Assembly (NCBI RefSeq): GCF_018977255.1
Contig: NW_024704743.1
Location: forward strand, 41,852,001-41,916,000
From: Callorhinchus milii
Lineage: Eukaryota
Direction: 5' to 3'
Length of the DNA stretch: 64,000 nt
The notes beneath the pieces were generated by a model. It did not search any database. It saw only the letters and a list, made by a program, of their open reading frames with translations, and was not told the origin of the DNA. Position 1 is the stretch's first letter. The number at the start of each line of letters is the position of its first letter. Positions 38,359 to 52,035 of this stretch are shown here, piece by piece. Made by a program: the position numbers and the translations under genes.

Positions 38359-38964
38359 TTCTTCATTCGATATAAATCTCTCTCCCAGATTATCGTCACC
38401 TCAAAGCCCTTTTGCAGAGAAGTTTATACTCGGAGTTAACTATGGCTTGTTCAGCCAAAGGAGCCTGACCATGCATTATGCTCTTAACATCCTTGTACAA
38501 TGTCATTCAATTATACTGTGTTCCCAAGTGATCAGTTGTGTGAGAACTATTCTTGTTATGATTGTCTCATACAAAGTCATGCTGATTCCTGAGCTTCCGC
38601 TTATAGTTCTCTCAGTTGGCAACACAGCTCAGCTGACAGCTGAGACATTTTCTAAAGCAGATCAACTCAGGTCTGAGCTGTCTTGAATCATTTTGTCTCA
38701 TGCCTGTCATTTGAAAGAAATTCTGAAAATAATGAGTAAGAGAGGAAATTGGGCATAATTGTGAGGATCTGCCCTCTGGGATCAGACTAAAACATGAGAA
38801 CACATTTTGCCTTTCATTCCAGAAACTCAGAAGATTTCTGCACTCACAAATCTGAATGGAACAAAAAAGAAGCAATAATAAGAGTTTCAAATGTCTTTGG
38901 AATATTCCAATTCTTTAAACAAAGGTGTCTACAAGTTCCTGTGCGTAAATGCAGTACATTTTGT

Positions 38965-39350
38965 GGTAGTGAAGCACACTGAACAGAAACAGAAAGATTT
39001 GATCTTATATCCTAGGTTAATTCACCTCAGGATGAGTGTCACTAAGGCCACTAAACATACATTCAGTGTCCCTAACTCAAGAAGAATAATCCAGCGTTCT
39101 CAATCCTGATTTCTATCTTGTAAACCTTGCTGGAAAGTATGGATGTGCTGATGCCGGGGAAAGACAGGATTAAGTTTCTCTGCTATGTCCTTCATGGTTG
39201 AATAAGCTGTCAGTGCTCATTGTCCAGCTTTTCCTAGGCTCACGCATTAAGAATAGCCATTTGAACAAGCTACTAGGGGATTGATAGCACCCATGAAACA
39301 ATGCTTCAGCTTGAGTTAACACTTTCTGGAGCAGAAGAAAGAAGAACTTC
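38965..39350 (+). mobile_element. LF-SINE-like ancient SINE
   Basis: aatcctgatttctatc...ccttgctggaaagt...gacaggatt...ctaggctcac...aagaatagccatttg; recalled resemblance to LF-SINE, with a reverse-complement relative at 52230-52465. Confidence 0.55.
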
Positions 39351-39419
39351 TTTTACATTTTTAAAAGAGAAAAGGTTTTCAGCATTTGTATAATACCTTA
39401 GCACATTGAAAATACTTCA

Positions 39420-39790
39420 CAAGTAATTATTGTCAATTATACAAGTAATTCATCTTTAGGTAAACAAAGGCAGCCATTTTAGATTGAACAAGAATCCCCA
39501 AAATATCCATGAAGTGAATCAATGAATAATTTAGAGGAGTGGTGGCCATGACACTGGAAGCAACTCAATTTGTTTTCAAACAATGTGACAACATCTTCAA
39601 AGTCTACCTGAAGAGGTAGATTGGATCTCAGTGTAACTTCTTATTGACGGAAGGCACCTATAACAATGCTGTTCTCCCGTTGTGGACCACCAGAGTATCA
39701 GTTAAGCCTATGAACTCAAGATGTTGTTCTTAAATCCACAACCTTCTGACATAGAGGTGTCAGTGTTACCAACTATACCCGAAGCTCACA
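39420..39790 (-). mobile_element. Old SacSINE1-like SINE
   Basis: aatccacaaccttctgacatagagg head remnant; ggcagccatttt Deu remnant. Confidence 0.6.
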
Positions 39791-39877
39791 GCAGATAAAA
39801 TTTGGAGGAAAGAAAATGATTAACCTAGCAGACTGTTGAGGCATTTAAAAGTGAATTAAATAAACACATGTAAAGAA

Positions 39878-40175
39878 ATAATAAGATTAATAATACTTTT
39901 GATATAGTGCCTTATCACATCTATGAGGTATCTCAAAGTGCTTCACAGAGTATACTGTAAGTGAATTGATTGTATATTTTGTGCATGAAATACAGCAGCC
40001 AATTGTGTACAGCAGTGTCCCACAAACAGTCATGGATTGAGTGAACAAATTATTATTAGTATTTTTAAGGGATTATTATACCCAGAAAAGCTCAATGTTT
40101 CTCCTTGCCCGAGAAGCGAACCAAGGTCCTCTCGCTTGTGAAATGAGTTCTCTAACGACAAAGTTACAGGACTCC
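39878..40175 (-). mobile_element. tRNA-derived Deu SINE
   Basis: Tail, Deu core and head ...gttacaggactcc. Confidence 0.85.
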
Positions 40176-40307
40176 ATATATTATACAGAGTGTATGGAAA
40201 AGTGCAGAAAATTGGAATTTGGATAAGGTAGATGGCTGGATTTCAAGAACAAATACACTATGAGTTGTATGGCCTTCTATTAACTTGTAGATGTCTATGG
40301 TTCCATG

Positions 40308-40402
40308 CTCCAGCCCTCGTCTCCCTCAATCTGCTCTAAGAACCTTTACGTCCTCCTGACGTGAAAGGCGCTTTATAAATGGAATCTTGTTGTTGTTGTT
40401 GT
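40308..40402 (+). mobile_element. L2 3' tail
   Basis: acgtcctcctgacgtgaaaggcgctttataaatggaatcttgttgttgttgtt. Confidence 0.85.
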
Positions 40403-40429
40403 TAATAGCTCTTATGTGTAAGTCATAGA

Positions 40430-40665
40430 TATATCAATGAAGGGTAGGGTCGCTGGCTTTTATATAAGAAGAGTGAAAGGAGGTTTGTTTTTCACTCAGA
40501 GAGTTGTTGGGATGAAGAATACCCTTCCAAGTAAGATAGAACAGGATGAGTCCATTGCTGGTTTCAAGAGAGAAGTAAATGAAAAATAAAGACTTGAATG
40601 GGATTGAATAAGAGTCAATGCAGACTCGAATGTTCTCTAAAATTCTTTGATTCTGTGATTCTGTG
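40430..40665 (+). mobile_element. CR1 3' fragment
   Basis: ttttcactcagagagttgttggg...ctttgattctgtgattctgtg terminal repeat. Confidence 0.65.
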
Positions 40666-41787
40666 CACAACTGAATAGCTGGAGGAGTTACTTTTTTTCA
40701 GCCTTTCCAACCAGCAAGGCACCAACCACTACAGGTTTTTATATGAATTTAAGAGAGATAAAGTAGGTCTCCTACTGTTAGATATCTTTGTTTATGTTTT
40801 TTCAAACGTATATCTTTATTTGGGAGAACGAGAAATCAAACTAGGAAAATGACCACCTACATGTTTATGCACCATCAGCTAATTTTCACTACATGTGGGT
40901 TGCAAATTAAGTTTAGCCAAAATGTAAGAAATTGAGCTCAAAAGTTGTAAATTAGGATCAACAAGGATTGATAAAATCAATTGAAGTAACTGATAGAGAA
41001 TGAATCTGATTTACCAGCTCAGGGATAATCGCTTATTTAGGATTCCACATTTCCTGGATGTTGAAAATACATGAATAGGGAAAGTCTGAAATTTTGTTTG
41101 ATTCCTGGAAGATTTGGGAATTTTCAGTGATTTATTCATTGACTAGATTCATATACTCATGGGAGATTTCTTCTGTGCTCTTTGAACTACAAAAGGAAGC
41201 TCATCAAGGCTTCTGACTCCCTTTCCCCCGCACATCTTAACTGTAAAGCCTTTTGAAATAGGTAGCTACCTGAGAGAGTAATGACATCTAAGGAGTCAGC
41301 ATAAAGGCACCATAAGTGAATTATATGCACTGCGGATAATTCATTCCTGGTAAAAGGCACAAATGCTTGGAAGTTATTTGGTGATATGATATATTTATCC
41401 ATACCTAGAAAATCATCTTCTCAAAGTTTTGTTTTGTGATAGAAAGTGAAGAAAACAATTTCTAGTATTCAATTATTTCACACTATTAGGGATTGGTTTG
41501 CTGACTCATGTAAAAAATACATTGATTTACCATCATGTACTCATATTTGAAGTGCTGGTTTGCCAAGTGTTAACCTTTGACTTTCAGGAGAACCTACCAC
41601 TGAAGGATCCCACAGAGAGCCTGGCTCAGGATTAACTAAACCACAGGAAGTGATGACTCCGAACCTCCATGGAAAGGCCATCAGATAACACAAGAGAGCT
41701 CTGCATAGTAATATCTAGGAGTACTATACATAGCTTCAGGAAAAAAAAACAGTGGCTATACAGACATGACAGCCAAGTGGTCTCCTT

Positions 41788-41932
41788 AGAATAATAATCC
41801 TTGTATTTGATATGGCATCTTATCATGTCATCGAGAAGTCTCAAAGCACTTCACAGGATTTAGTGTTAAGTAGTATGACTGTATACATTCTGTGGGTGAA
41901 GGTGGATGCCGGCAGTATCCCACAAACAGCCA
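41788..41932 (-). mobile_element. Deu SINE 3' fragment
   Basis: aataataatccttgtatttgatatggc...cccacaaacagccatgg. Confidence 0.75.
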
Positions 41933-42459
41933 TGGTGCGAATGCCCCAGGCAGCACAAAATGGACTCTCCTCCTGGGATGGCATATACTTGATTGATGTT
42001 CAAGACTTACCTTGTGCTGGAAGGTTTCCCCTTCTGTGTCCCATTGCTGTCATCTAATATGGATACAGTCTCATATAAATGCAAGTTGTTGTTATTGTCC
42101 CTTTCAGCTTTTGACTGTCCTTTGAGGTCAGCTGTGAGCCACTGGCCTTCATAAGGACTGTATTCAGGTTGGGCTCCTTTTATACACATGACTATAACAG
42201 CACAGAGCAATTTGAACTATTGAACTAGCTTAAAGAAGAAATGAAATCTGAAGGGGGAATTTCCCATTCAAAGTCTCCTTTCTGAAATAGAAAGAGGTAC
42301 ACTTGCTAGTGCTTCAACCCCTACAAAGTCTATATGTTCTCTTAGGGATGTCATAAACCCTTAAGGTGCAGGGTCCATAGATCCTGTTACACCCCTTTTA
42401 ATTATATGTATGATTGTCTTAAGTTTGTGCCATTTCATTCAGCAAACTTAAATGGTATT

Positions 42460-42568
42460 ATAATAAATAATAATCCTTGCATTTAATATAGCGCCTTATC
42501 ACATCTTTGAGACATCTAAAAGTGCTTCACAGAATATATTGTAGAGTGAATTGATTGTATATTTTGTA
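42460..42568 (-). mobile_element. SINE tail fragment
   Basis: taataatccttgcatttaatatagcgccttatcacatc. Confidence 0.8.
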
Positions 42569-44139
42569 TTGTGCTCATTCTTGAATATTGGTTATTCCGG
42601 TCAAAGAAGGAAACTGAAAACACCTAAAGTATCCTCAAAGTGTCTGAACTCAAGTAAATGAAACTTCAAACACACTATTTTATTGGTTTGAACTAGTTCA
42701 TTTATTTAATCAGCACAAATTGAAAAGCAATTCTACAATTGTAATTAACGCACATGTGGGACTTGAGTTTGCAACAGATCCAAACCAATTTGACTGCAAG
42801 TACTCTTCATACATAAATTATCCCATAAATGAATTTACAGCACTTAGGATAAAAGGCTCCTTTGCACTAATGTACATTCACAGCCAATAAATTGAAGACA
42901 AAAATATCCACGTAGTATGTTTCTGATTTTAGGATTAGTTTGGTTAATCTTTTACTTTGGAGCAGTTTAAAATACACCGGAAAATCTATTGTATACACAC
43001 CACTGTTTATCCTTGATTATCTGCTAAATGGTATCTAGGATCATTATTTGAAAATAAGTAAGGCACCAGTTTGTCTGGAGCACCAGTAAATACGAAAATA
43101 ATAATAATATCATAAATAAATGAGTGCCACAGATGCATGAATCAGAAAAATCACCTGGTATACTGTTTGTAAAATGGAATTATATTCCTCATAGAAAAGT
43201 GTTCATATTCCTTAATACTCTCTATGTAAGTTTTGTAACAATGTAAGATTTGGGAATTTATATTTTTAAATTAAATAAGGTTTCATTTCATTTAACAACC
43301 TAAATAGCTTTAGTACATTCATTTGACAGCGAGAATACACACGCTGTTCATCTTTCATCCAAATAAATCTAGTACTCTACTTATTTAACAAACTTCTTGC
43401 GGATTTTTGTGTTGTTAAATCATATTTATTAGCAATGCCAGTGGTTTATAGTGAGATACATTAGTGAGTGCCCCTGTAATGAATCATCTGATACTTTTAT
43501 TTCTACTGAGGCCAAGGATCTGTTTTGTGGATGGAAAATCCAGCACTCTGCCAAATGCAGATGAAGTTGAATAAGGCTTTTGAGTCATTTTCTAAAACAA
43601 ATACTGCACAATGTTCTTTCCACATGCAATGCTAAGCCCTAAAGCACATGAAATACAATTTTGGTAGGAAACCAAATACTCCGGTAGGAATAAATTGTGA
43701 CTTCTGGAAACAGTAGTTATATAGTAACTTATATAGTAAGCTCTATCTTCCAAGTCAATCATCCTCGCTGTCTTTCATGTTGTTGAACATTGCCTCTTTC
43801 TCTCTCTCCTTCTGTGCTGTTTTCTATACAGGGAGAAGAGAATACAATTGTATAGGAGAGGGGATTATGAGGGGGGATAATGGATATAAACATCAATACA
43901 GACTAGTGGGCCAAATGGCTTGTTTCCGTGCTGTAATATTCTATGTAATTCAATGCTTTCAGTGTTTCCTGTCAGTCTTTCCTCAGCATTGCTCACCACT
44001 TCCATTTATTTTGGTGGCTGCTCCAATGTGAATGGGGAGGAGGGGTTTCATTATTTACATAAACCTGTACATCGCAAGGTGCAAATTGATAATTGTCACT
44101 GGTGACAACATTGAAAAATGTGGTCAAGACAGTCAAAAG

Positions 44140-44315
44140 ATGATCTCACCTGGCACCTGCATGCCTTTGAACCTGATTAAAAGATGGGGCTGATGAAATC
44201 CCAATTAAGGAAATTGCGCAGTGTTGTACCAAGGACGCTTAACAATGCAGATTGTGGGAACTATAGCACCGTGCAGTTATTTTAGTTCCCGCAAATGGGG
44301 AAAACAAGTAAGATC
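44140..44315. promoter_or_regulatory. Second candidate promoter with SBS/ZNF143-like motif
   Basis: Minus-strand gctatagttcccacaatctgca (44246-44267), tagttcccgc near 44283, several CpGs, minus-strand donor cag|gtgaga at 44149 and plus-strand donor caa|gtaaga at 44308. Confidence 0.4.
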
Positions 44316-44769
44316 AAGTATTTCAGTGTGAAATTCAGAGGGACATTATGCCCATGGATCAGTTGATAATTATCATACATCAACAACTTCCAATTTTCAC
44401 TCTATAGATTGAGTAACCAGCCGTAAACCATACATTCGATAACATGAATATGTTTGCTATCCTGATTTCTTTTGAATATAGTAAACATTTGGTAAATATC
44501 CAAGACACTGGAGTGAAATACATGGTGGTATCTAACAGGATAGGTCTATAAGGAATCCAAGCGAGGACTCCTTCTAGTAACCATATTTAGGGATACAATG
44601 ACATAATGCTGAAATCTCACTTTGAAAATTGATCTTGTCAGCCTAGAGTTCCCTTATTCTCCAGAGTTTCCTCTCCTCATCATCCTTTGTTCCTATATTG
44701 GAAATTGTCATAACATTAAATCTACTGTCAAATTTGAAAACAGGTTAGGTAACAGTAAGCTAGTGTTTG

Positions 44770-44878
44770 TAATAATAATAACAATCCTTGCAATTGATGC
44801 AGCACCTTATTACGTCTTCAAGACGTCTCAAAGCACTTCACAGAATATGAATTGACTGTATATTTTGTGGGCGAAATA
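44770..44878 (-). mobile_element. SINE 3' fragment
   Basis: aatccttgcaattgatgcagcacc...gtgggcgaaa. Confidence 0.8.
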
Positions 44879-47800
44879 CCCTTTCACTTAAACGCTTATA
44901 GACAGCAGAAAAAAGAGACGACTGAAGGAACCAAACAACTCCTGGATTCAAAAGTTCTGGAGTTCCTAGTGAAGAATAATTAGATTAAGAGAAGTTTGCA
45001 AGGAATGCAAGAGGTGGAAGAATATGTAGGATAGCACACTTGAAGTTTAGAAGGAGCAAGATAATCTGTGGAACATTGGACACTGCACAGTCTTTAAATA
45101 ATACAGAGCAACTCATTTTGTTTAAAGAACACTGTGTGGTTTAAACAAACACACATCAACAGATTGTCGAAAATCATGAATTACGTATTTGTCTTTGTTT
45201 TCTCGGCTGATCACACTACTATTCTCTATTCCAGCCCATTACATCTGATGCAGAATCCAACCAGAACCAGGAACCCCTCAAATTCTCTATCAGATGCTAA
45301 TTGACCTGCTATATCGATCCAGCGCTTTATGATATTATTTCAGAATTCAAAAAAATGCAAGGATTATTATTATAATTATTATTATTCATAGTTTGTCTTT
45401 TTATCTCTGTATTTTATCTTCCAGGAGCCAACACATATCCTCTGTGGAACTGGTTTAATCACACTGAAATATTTGATCTTACCTTCTTTTTCCCCATTTG
45501 CTGCAGCTAAAAATAACAGCATTGTGCTACAGTTGCCACAATTTGCACTGTAGAGCGTCCTTGGTAATAAACTACGCAATTTTCTTAATTGGGACTTAAT
45601 CAGCCCCATCTTTTCTTTTGTGTTTGCTGGTGTATGTAAATGCTCATTATTACTTGCACCTGATCTCTTTTTCACCCATGCTTAATTCTCTGCCTTTTAC
45701 TCAGTGAATTATTTTCGATGCACATTCATGTGTCTAGCGTAGTGATTATTTTTGTTACTTTTTTTTCCAGCAGTGTGAAGCGCTTTGAGACGTCCTTCTG
45801 ACAGGAAACAACATTTATATAGTGCTGTTCACACAGGGTAGACCACGAGAAGAGAGTTTGGGCTTCCCGACACACTCTTTGGAACTGAATTTGTGATATT
45901 TCATACAATACAATTTACATTTACATAGTGTCTTTCATGGTGGGAGGACGTCGCAAACTATTACCAGCAGTAATTTGTAATGTTTCATATTAAACAGTGA
46001 ATGCCCTCCAGATGGGTGCACTACTTCTGGAGAGCAGTCCCCCTGCGGTCCCTCCAGGTTGATTGCCCACCATTCTGAATGTTTAATATTTTAATTGTAA
46101 ATAATAGACTCCAGACAAGATTTGAACTTATTTTCCTAAATCTTGTTTTCACAGATATGATCTGTTGAGTAAGGGCAAACCCGGATGTTTGGATTTCTTC
46201 ATTTAAAAATTCTATTAAGAAATACCACACGTTTGATCCTCAATGTTACACATATAGAAAAAACTTCAAAGTAAACTAGGTTTGAAGACACCAACGTCAC
46301 CTTCATGTCAAATACTGTCAAAATCATTAAAAATGAAATTCAGATACAATGTAATTAGTGGAGGATCTTAATAAAATTCTGCAATTATTTAGACTTAAAA
46401 ATTTTAGTGGAGACTTTTATTTTATACATTTATAGATGCTATGAAATATCTATTCAACAGATGGCTTGGTTTTTAAAAGAGATTCACCAATATGTTGCAT
46501 GATTGTATTAATCCTTGCATTTGACAGCAATCATTTTCCAATAATTCTGGTATCAACGTGAACTAAGTGTGTATGAAGTTAAACATAATAATAATAAATA
46601 ATGCTTATATTTGTTACAGTATCCTACAACATTGTCAAAATGCTTCAAAGGGTTTCACAGGATTTACTAGAAAATGTAGTGATTGTATTTTGTAGTGAAT
46701 GCAGCAGTAAATTTGCAAATATCCACAAAGTGAATTACCAAACACTTTGTAGGTGAATAGAACAAACTGTTGTTACTTCTTACAGTGCCAGACTTGTCTT
46801 CTAGGTATGCAAGGTTAGATTCACAAGTCCAAGGCCTACTCATCAACAACTTTATTATTGTCCCAATAACTGTTATTTTACGTGGGAAATGTGCCTGTAG
46901 TACAGTGGGAAAAGCTTAACAGTTTATCTATTCTTGTTAGAAATATATATTTTACTGAAAGCATCTCCTCAAATCTCAGAATGTAGTGCAATCTAATGAA
47001 ACATTAAATGGGTCAGTGAAACTGATTAAGAAGTAACCAGTGAGAGTGAAATTGTAATAAAGTCCATGTAATTATTAATAATAGTCTTTAACATTTGATA
47101 GTTTGATATAACAACTTTCATATTGTGCGTTCGTCTCAAAGTGCTTCACAGGGTGTACTGTAAAGTGTAGTGACTGTGTATGAGCGAATAATGTGTACGT
47201 AGCAATGTCTCAAAACAGCCATGAAGTGTATGACAAATTTTATTTGGGGGATTGTTGAAAAATGTTGTCAGAGTATGTTGTACAAGTCTTGGTGGATTTC
47301 TGATGCAGCAAGATTTCTTTTTCAGTCTTTACAAATCTATCTGCAATTTCCATCCATTGTTTGTGGCTCCTTGCAATGGCCCAGTCCACAAGAAGCAAGG
47401 GAATATATATTTGGATTTCATTATAGCATCTATTAGGAAATATTTGGATGTGAAATTGCTGGTGAGTACAATTTATGAGTAGATTGAAACAAATTACTTA
47501 AACTTCCACAAGAAACACAATGATTGGAGACATTGCATTCTCCAGCACTTAAGTAAAGGCTCATACTTCACACAATAACTGAAATATGTGAAAATAAATG
47601 GCTTTGCTTAAGGATGATCGGTTCAACCTGTGATTCTTTAAGTTCTTTCAAAACATTTTTTTAAAAATAAAAGCCTATCTAATAAGAAGAGTTACTTCCA
47701 TACATTTCTGACGAAAATGCCTTAAGTGCTGCCGAGGATGGCATTATGATTGTTTGATGAGCACAGTGGCACAGCAGCCAAGAAAAAGCTTTGCATTACT

Positions 47801-47979
47801 TTCATTTCTACAGACACTCAAATAGATTTCCAATTCAAGTTTCCAGCACAAATAATCTTCTCCTCTGAAACCACTGAAGGAAGCTGCATAAAGATCTGAG
47901 CATGCACTATGCATGGGAATTAGAGAGCTATGGTTCTGATGCTTCAAATGCTATCTAGTTAGGGTTTTAAGTAGTGGAA

Positions 47980-48220
47980 CTCAGCAGTACCCCAACACAC
48001 TTCATTCTATGTCCCCAAGTCTTGCCAAACAGGGCCTAATACTCTCCAAAATTAGGTTAGCAGGGTTTGTACCACTTGGGAGAGATTGTACAATCCATTC
48101 CAGACACAGAAAAATGTCCATGTATAATTTGCATACCTAAGTGGAACTCTCAGTGTAGTTTGGATGCTTAAGTATGGTGATGGGTCTCTGCATGTCTTAC
48201 ACCTAGCAAACCCCCAAAAG
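47980..48220 (+). mobile_element. Diverged copy of the 4673-5270 retroposon 3' region
   Basis: cttgccaaacagggcctaatact and gtttggatgcttaagtatggtgatgggtctctgcatgtc align to 5055-5245. Confidence 0.7.
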
Positions 48221-48264
48221 TATGCATATCAAATTTCAGAAACACACAATATGCATATCATTTA

Positions 48265-48480
48265 TCAAGAAGAACGGGATGAGGCCATTCAGCGCATCAA
48301 AACTGTTATTTAATCTCAATGCCCTGTTATTCCACCGTACCCCTTAATACCTCAGTACTCAATCATCTGTCTGTCTCTGTTTTAAACATTTCTATTGATT
48401 CCGCTCCCTACAGTATTCTGGGACATTTCTAAGCATTCCACATCCCCACAACCCTCTTTGCAAGAATGCATTACTTCTGC
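48265..48480 (-). mobile_element. CR1 3' fragment
   Basis: gaggccattcagcgcatc...accccttaatacc...ccacaaccctctttgcaagaa. Confidence 0.65.
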
Positions 48481-49159
48481 TGCGGTGATTGCACATTTTT
48501 AATTTCACTTTTCAATAAGAGCACAAAGTGGACCGGGCTGAGATTGAACAAATCCTGTAATGTTGTAACCACTGCATACTCATTGATATGCTATTCACGC
48601 AACATAAATTGCGACAAAGTGCAAGATTTTGATTCCAAGAAACTCTCCAGTCTGAGCCGAAGACTTGCGAATCAAGGTCATTGATAGTTGTATTCCTGCA
48701 CAAAATATTGGTATGTTGTGGGTAGATTTTCCAGTGGTTATACTGTTGGCAAAGCAGTGTGAATTTATGCTCTCACAGCCGGGAAAAGTTTAGGAAATCG
48801 TACCTCATTTGCTAGTATCAATGTGCCATTTATCTTGAAGCTGCAAAACATGAGACCAAAACCTTCTCCAGAAGTCGGGGGGGGGGGGGGGGCGGCGGGG
48901 AATACTGCTTTTCGCCCAAAATATCTGTGAGGAAGAAAGAGGAGCAGACAGAAAGAAAAAGTGAAAACAATGAATAAGAAGCTGAACAGTGGGATGTGTA
49001 AAGAGAAAAATAAATCAACTGATAAGGGACAGAGTTGAAAGGTTAAAGGAATGAAAGCTTCAGAATGGATTGGACCAGACCACAAAGAAAGAGACCTGAC
49101 TGTTTAATAGAGTACAAGTTGACTGAAAGTGTTCCAATTATTGTTTCTGTTTCATAGTG

Positions 49160-49415
49160 ATTTTTAAAACGTATCATCCTATGTTTATTTGTATCCAACT
49201 CCCTCTTGGAGTTTCTCTGACTCACCTCCTTTCACAATTTTCAAAGTCTAGCTCAAGACTTATCTTTTTGACCGCACGTTATAATGTCTCCCCCACCAAC
49301 CCCCACCAACCACACCAAACTCTTTTCAACTTCCCTGCTCCTCGCCCTACTCGTGTGCCCAGTCAGCTGTGTAAAGCGCTTTGACATATCCTCACAATTA
49401 TATAAATGTAAATTA
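49160..49415 (+). mobile_element. L2 3' end
   Basis: ttcaaagtctagctcaagacttatctttttgaccgc...tgtgtaaagcgctttgac. Confidence 0.7.
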
Positions 49416-49417
49416 TA

Positions 49418-49595
49418 TAATAATAATCCTTGCATTTGCAGTAGCCTTATCACATCTTCGAGACGTCTCAAAGCGCCTCACAGAATATACTGTAAAGTGA
49501 ATTGACTGAATATTTTGTGGTCGAAACGTGGCAGCCATTTGCACACAGCAGTGTCCCACAAACAGTAATGGATTGAGTGATCAATTTTTTTTAAG
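49418..49595 (-). mobile_element. Deu SINE 3' half
   Basis: Tail plus gtggcagccatttgcacacagcagtgtcccacaaacag. Confidence 0.88.
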
Positions 49596-50204
49596 GAATT
49601 ATTAGTTTTACGAATTATTAGACAATATAAATATTGTCAGTTTTAAGAAAGCTCGATAGAGCCTGTTACATGAGATTAGGAAAGTCCGTGGCAACACTGG
49701 ATTCAGTCATTGGTGTTGGTACAGTTAAAAGATTGTTATGACTGATAGTGGCATCTCACCCACTGGAAGGAAAGCAATTATTTGTAACCTCAGCTCTATA
49801 AGATACCATACCAAGTTTAAGTGCAAAAGGCACCGAGTCTGCAATGTGATATGGGGCTGAGCATTTTTGATAACAGTCAGATCACTTGGTTCCCATGAAA
49901 CGAGAATTTTTTAAAAAATTACTTTTGTTTTTAAGAGTCTTATCAGGCTTAAAATGTTGTAAATATTAGACAAATTGCCCTATCGTTATAAATGAGATCA
50001 CAAGTCTGTGAAAATGTTTACCTTTAAATATCTAAATTGATGACCCGTTGTTGAAACACTGAGAGTTATAATTTGCTCTTTACAGCCTGGTCTTCAAATA
50101 CAGACCATTTTTAGCGAGCCTCTTGTAAATTGAGCCTCATTAAAAACATTGTCAAGTGTGTATTTTGTTGACATGTTTTTTAAACTAGAAATTCACTGTG
50201 AGCC

Positions 50205-50462
50205 TCTTAGTGAGCGCAGAACTCAGTGTAAAATGCGTGAGAGCATTGCCACCATCATCTTGCCCACAGCTCGGACTCATCCTTACCCATTCAGTCATAA
50301 TTCCAGCATTTAGAGATACAGTGGTGGAGTCGTAGCTGCTTTCGTCCCTGGATCCAATCAAGGTGGATTCCATGATCTTGATATACAAACGTTTGTTCAC
50401 AAACCAGGGAACTATATTGTAATTCCATCAGCTGTCATCCCAAGCCTCAGTTTCCTCATTAA
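50205..50462 (-). mobile_element. Old copy of the CCHC region of the unclassified LINE
   Basis: Reverse complement aligns to 52487-52750; translates SPSCGQDDGGNALTHFTLSS. Confidence 0.65.
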
Positions 50463-50570
50463 TATGGTATTACAGTGCATGTTATAGAGGTGCATTCCGA
50501 TATGCACTTTAATACCATGGAAAAAATCTTGAAGCAATATACTATCACTGTGCAATTGTAGCACATTTAT

Positions 50571-50696
50571 GGGCTGAAATTCCAGTCAGAGTTAAAAATG
50601 GTCCCTTTAGTAATTTTGCGCTCTAATGAGATTTTTCCATGATAGTCACCCATTACCAGATATTACTATATGTAATCCTGACAGTAATTTCAGGCT
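50571..50696. mobile_element. Small MITE-like element
   Basis: Terminal inverted repeats gggctgaaattccagtcag / ctgacagtaatttcaggct (15 of 19 complementary). Confidence 0.5.
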
Positions 50697-51824
50697 ACAC
50701 ATGAATAGGAGATACTCAATCTGTGGCAACTCCTCTCAGCTTAGGCTAATAAATAACTAAATTGGCTATCAAATCTTGCTTTTAGCAGTTTGAGTTTAGG
50801 CCACCAGTAGAATGTCACTTCAGCACCTTGGGATGTCTTCCCGACGTGAAAGGTATATTACAAATGTAAGTTGTTTTTATCGTTGTTGTTGTTATCTGAC
50901 ATCTTAACTTTGCAGGTGTCTTCAGCACAATGCAACTTCTGTCTCATCTATTCCCATTTGTGCTCTGAATGGAGGATACAGCATTCAGAATGAAGAGTCA
51001 TTGTCTTTATTTTACTCCTGCACTACTCTACCCAGTTTTTCTTTCCGAGGAGCAAGGAGTATTGTTGACTACATTAAATGCAGATTATGAATGAGACCAC
51101 TTCATGCTTCTCACTTAATTTTGGGTTGGATGGGGCAGCTTCATAGAGAATTTGAAGTCTTCCAGAGTTCTACAATCAGTTGGATTTATAATAATCCTTA
51201 CATTTGCTAACCTAGTTTCCTAGATTCCTACCTAATTTCTCAAAGATCATCAGGAGGAAAAGTCTCCCCTTGTTTTCTTCACCCTTTTTTCTGTTGTGCA
51301 AAATGTTCAGATGATGAATAAATAAATCCTCGCCCATATGTTATAAACAAGGCCTCAAGTATGGGATAATACCCTGGCCTCTGAGTTTATTGATTGTTGC
51401 TACTTGAACCCTTGAGAACAAATGCTGATTATTTGGTCTGTTCTTCAAACAGAGACTGTTTTTAGTAAATCTTTGGTAATGAGTGCTCATTAATAACATT
51501 GTCTGCTACATGTTTACAGATAGCTTTTCTAAAAAAAATCACCAGTGATTAAATAGCCAGTCAGAATAATTCCAAATGTTTCAGTGTTCATTATTGGCTG
51601 AGATATTTATCAGACATTTCAGTAAGAGCAGCAGATGTGATGGATCAGTGGGTCACATTTGCATGATATTGGAAAATAGGGGATAGACTGGAGTCTTTTC
51701 TTTTTCTTTACCCGTGCTTGGCTTGTTTGATTTGAGCATTGGATGATGGTGAAACTTTATGGAATTGAATTATAAACAAAATATGTATCAATTGTAAACG
51801 GTTGCCCATTAGAAAAGAAGATTG

Positions 51825-52035
51825 ATAGCACTCTCGCCTCTGAGTCAGAAGGTTGTGGGTTCAAGCCCCATTTCCGGACTTTGAGCTCATTCGGACATTC
51901 TAATGGTTATTTATGGGATATTGCTGTGTGTAAACTGGGTGCCCTAGTTGCCTACAAAATACACATAAACTGATCTGTATGATAAATACTGTGAAGTGTT
52001 TTGATGAAGCTATATCAAATGCAAGGATTTTTATT
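51825..52035 (+). mobile_element. Internally deleted SacSINE1-like SINE
   Basis: tagcactctcgcctctgagtcagaaggttgtgggttcaagcccc head joined to Deu core and tail. Confidence 0.8.

Noticed and set aside
45483..45506. 24-nt minus-strand microexon-like pattern (ttttag|ctgcagcaaatggggaaaaagaag|gtaaga)
   Set aside because: No identifiable host gene or flanking coding exons to support it.
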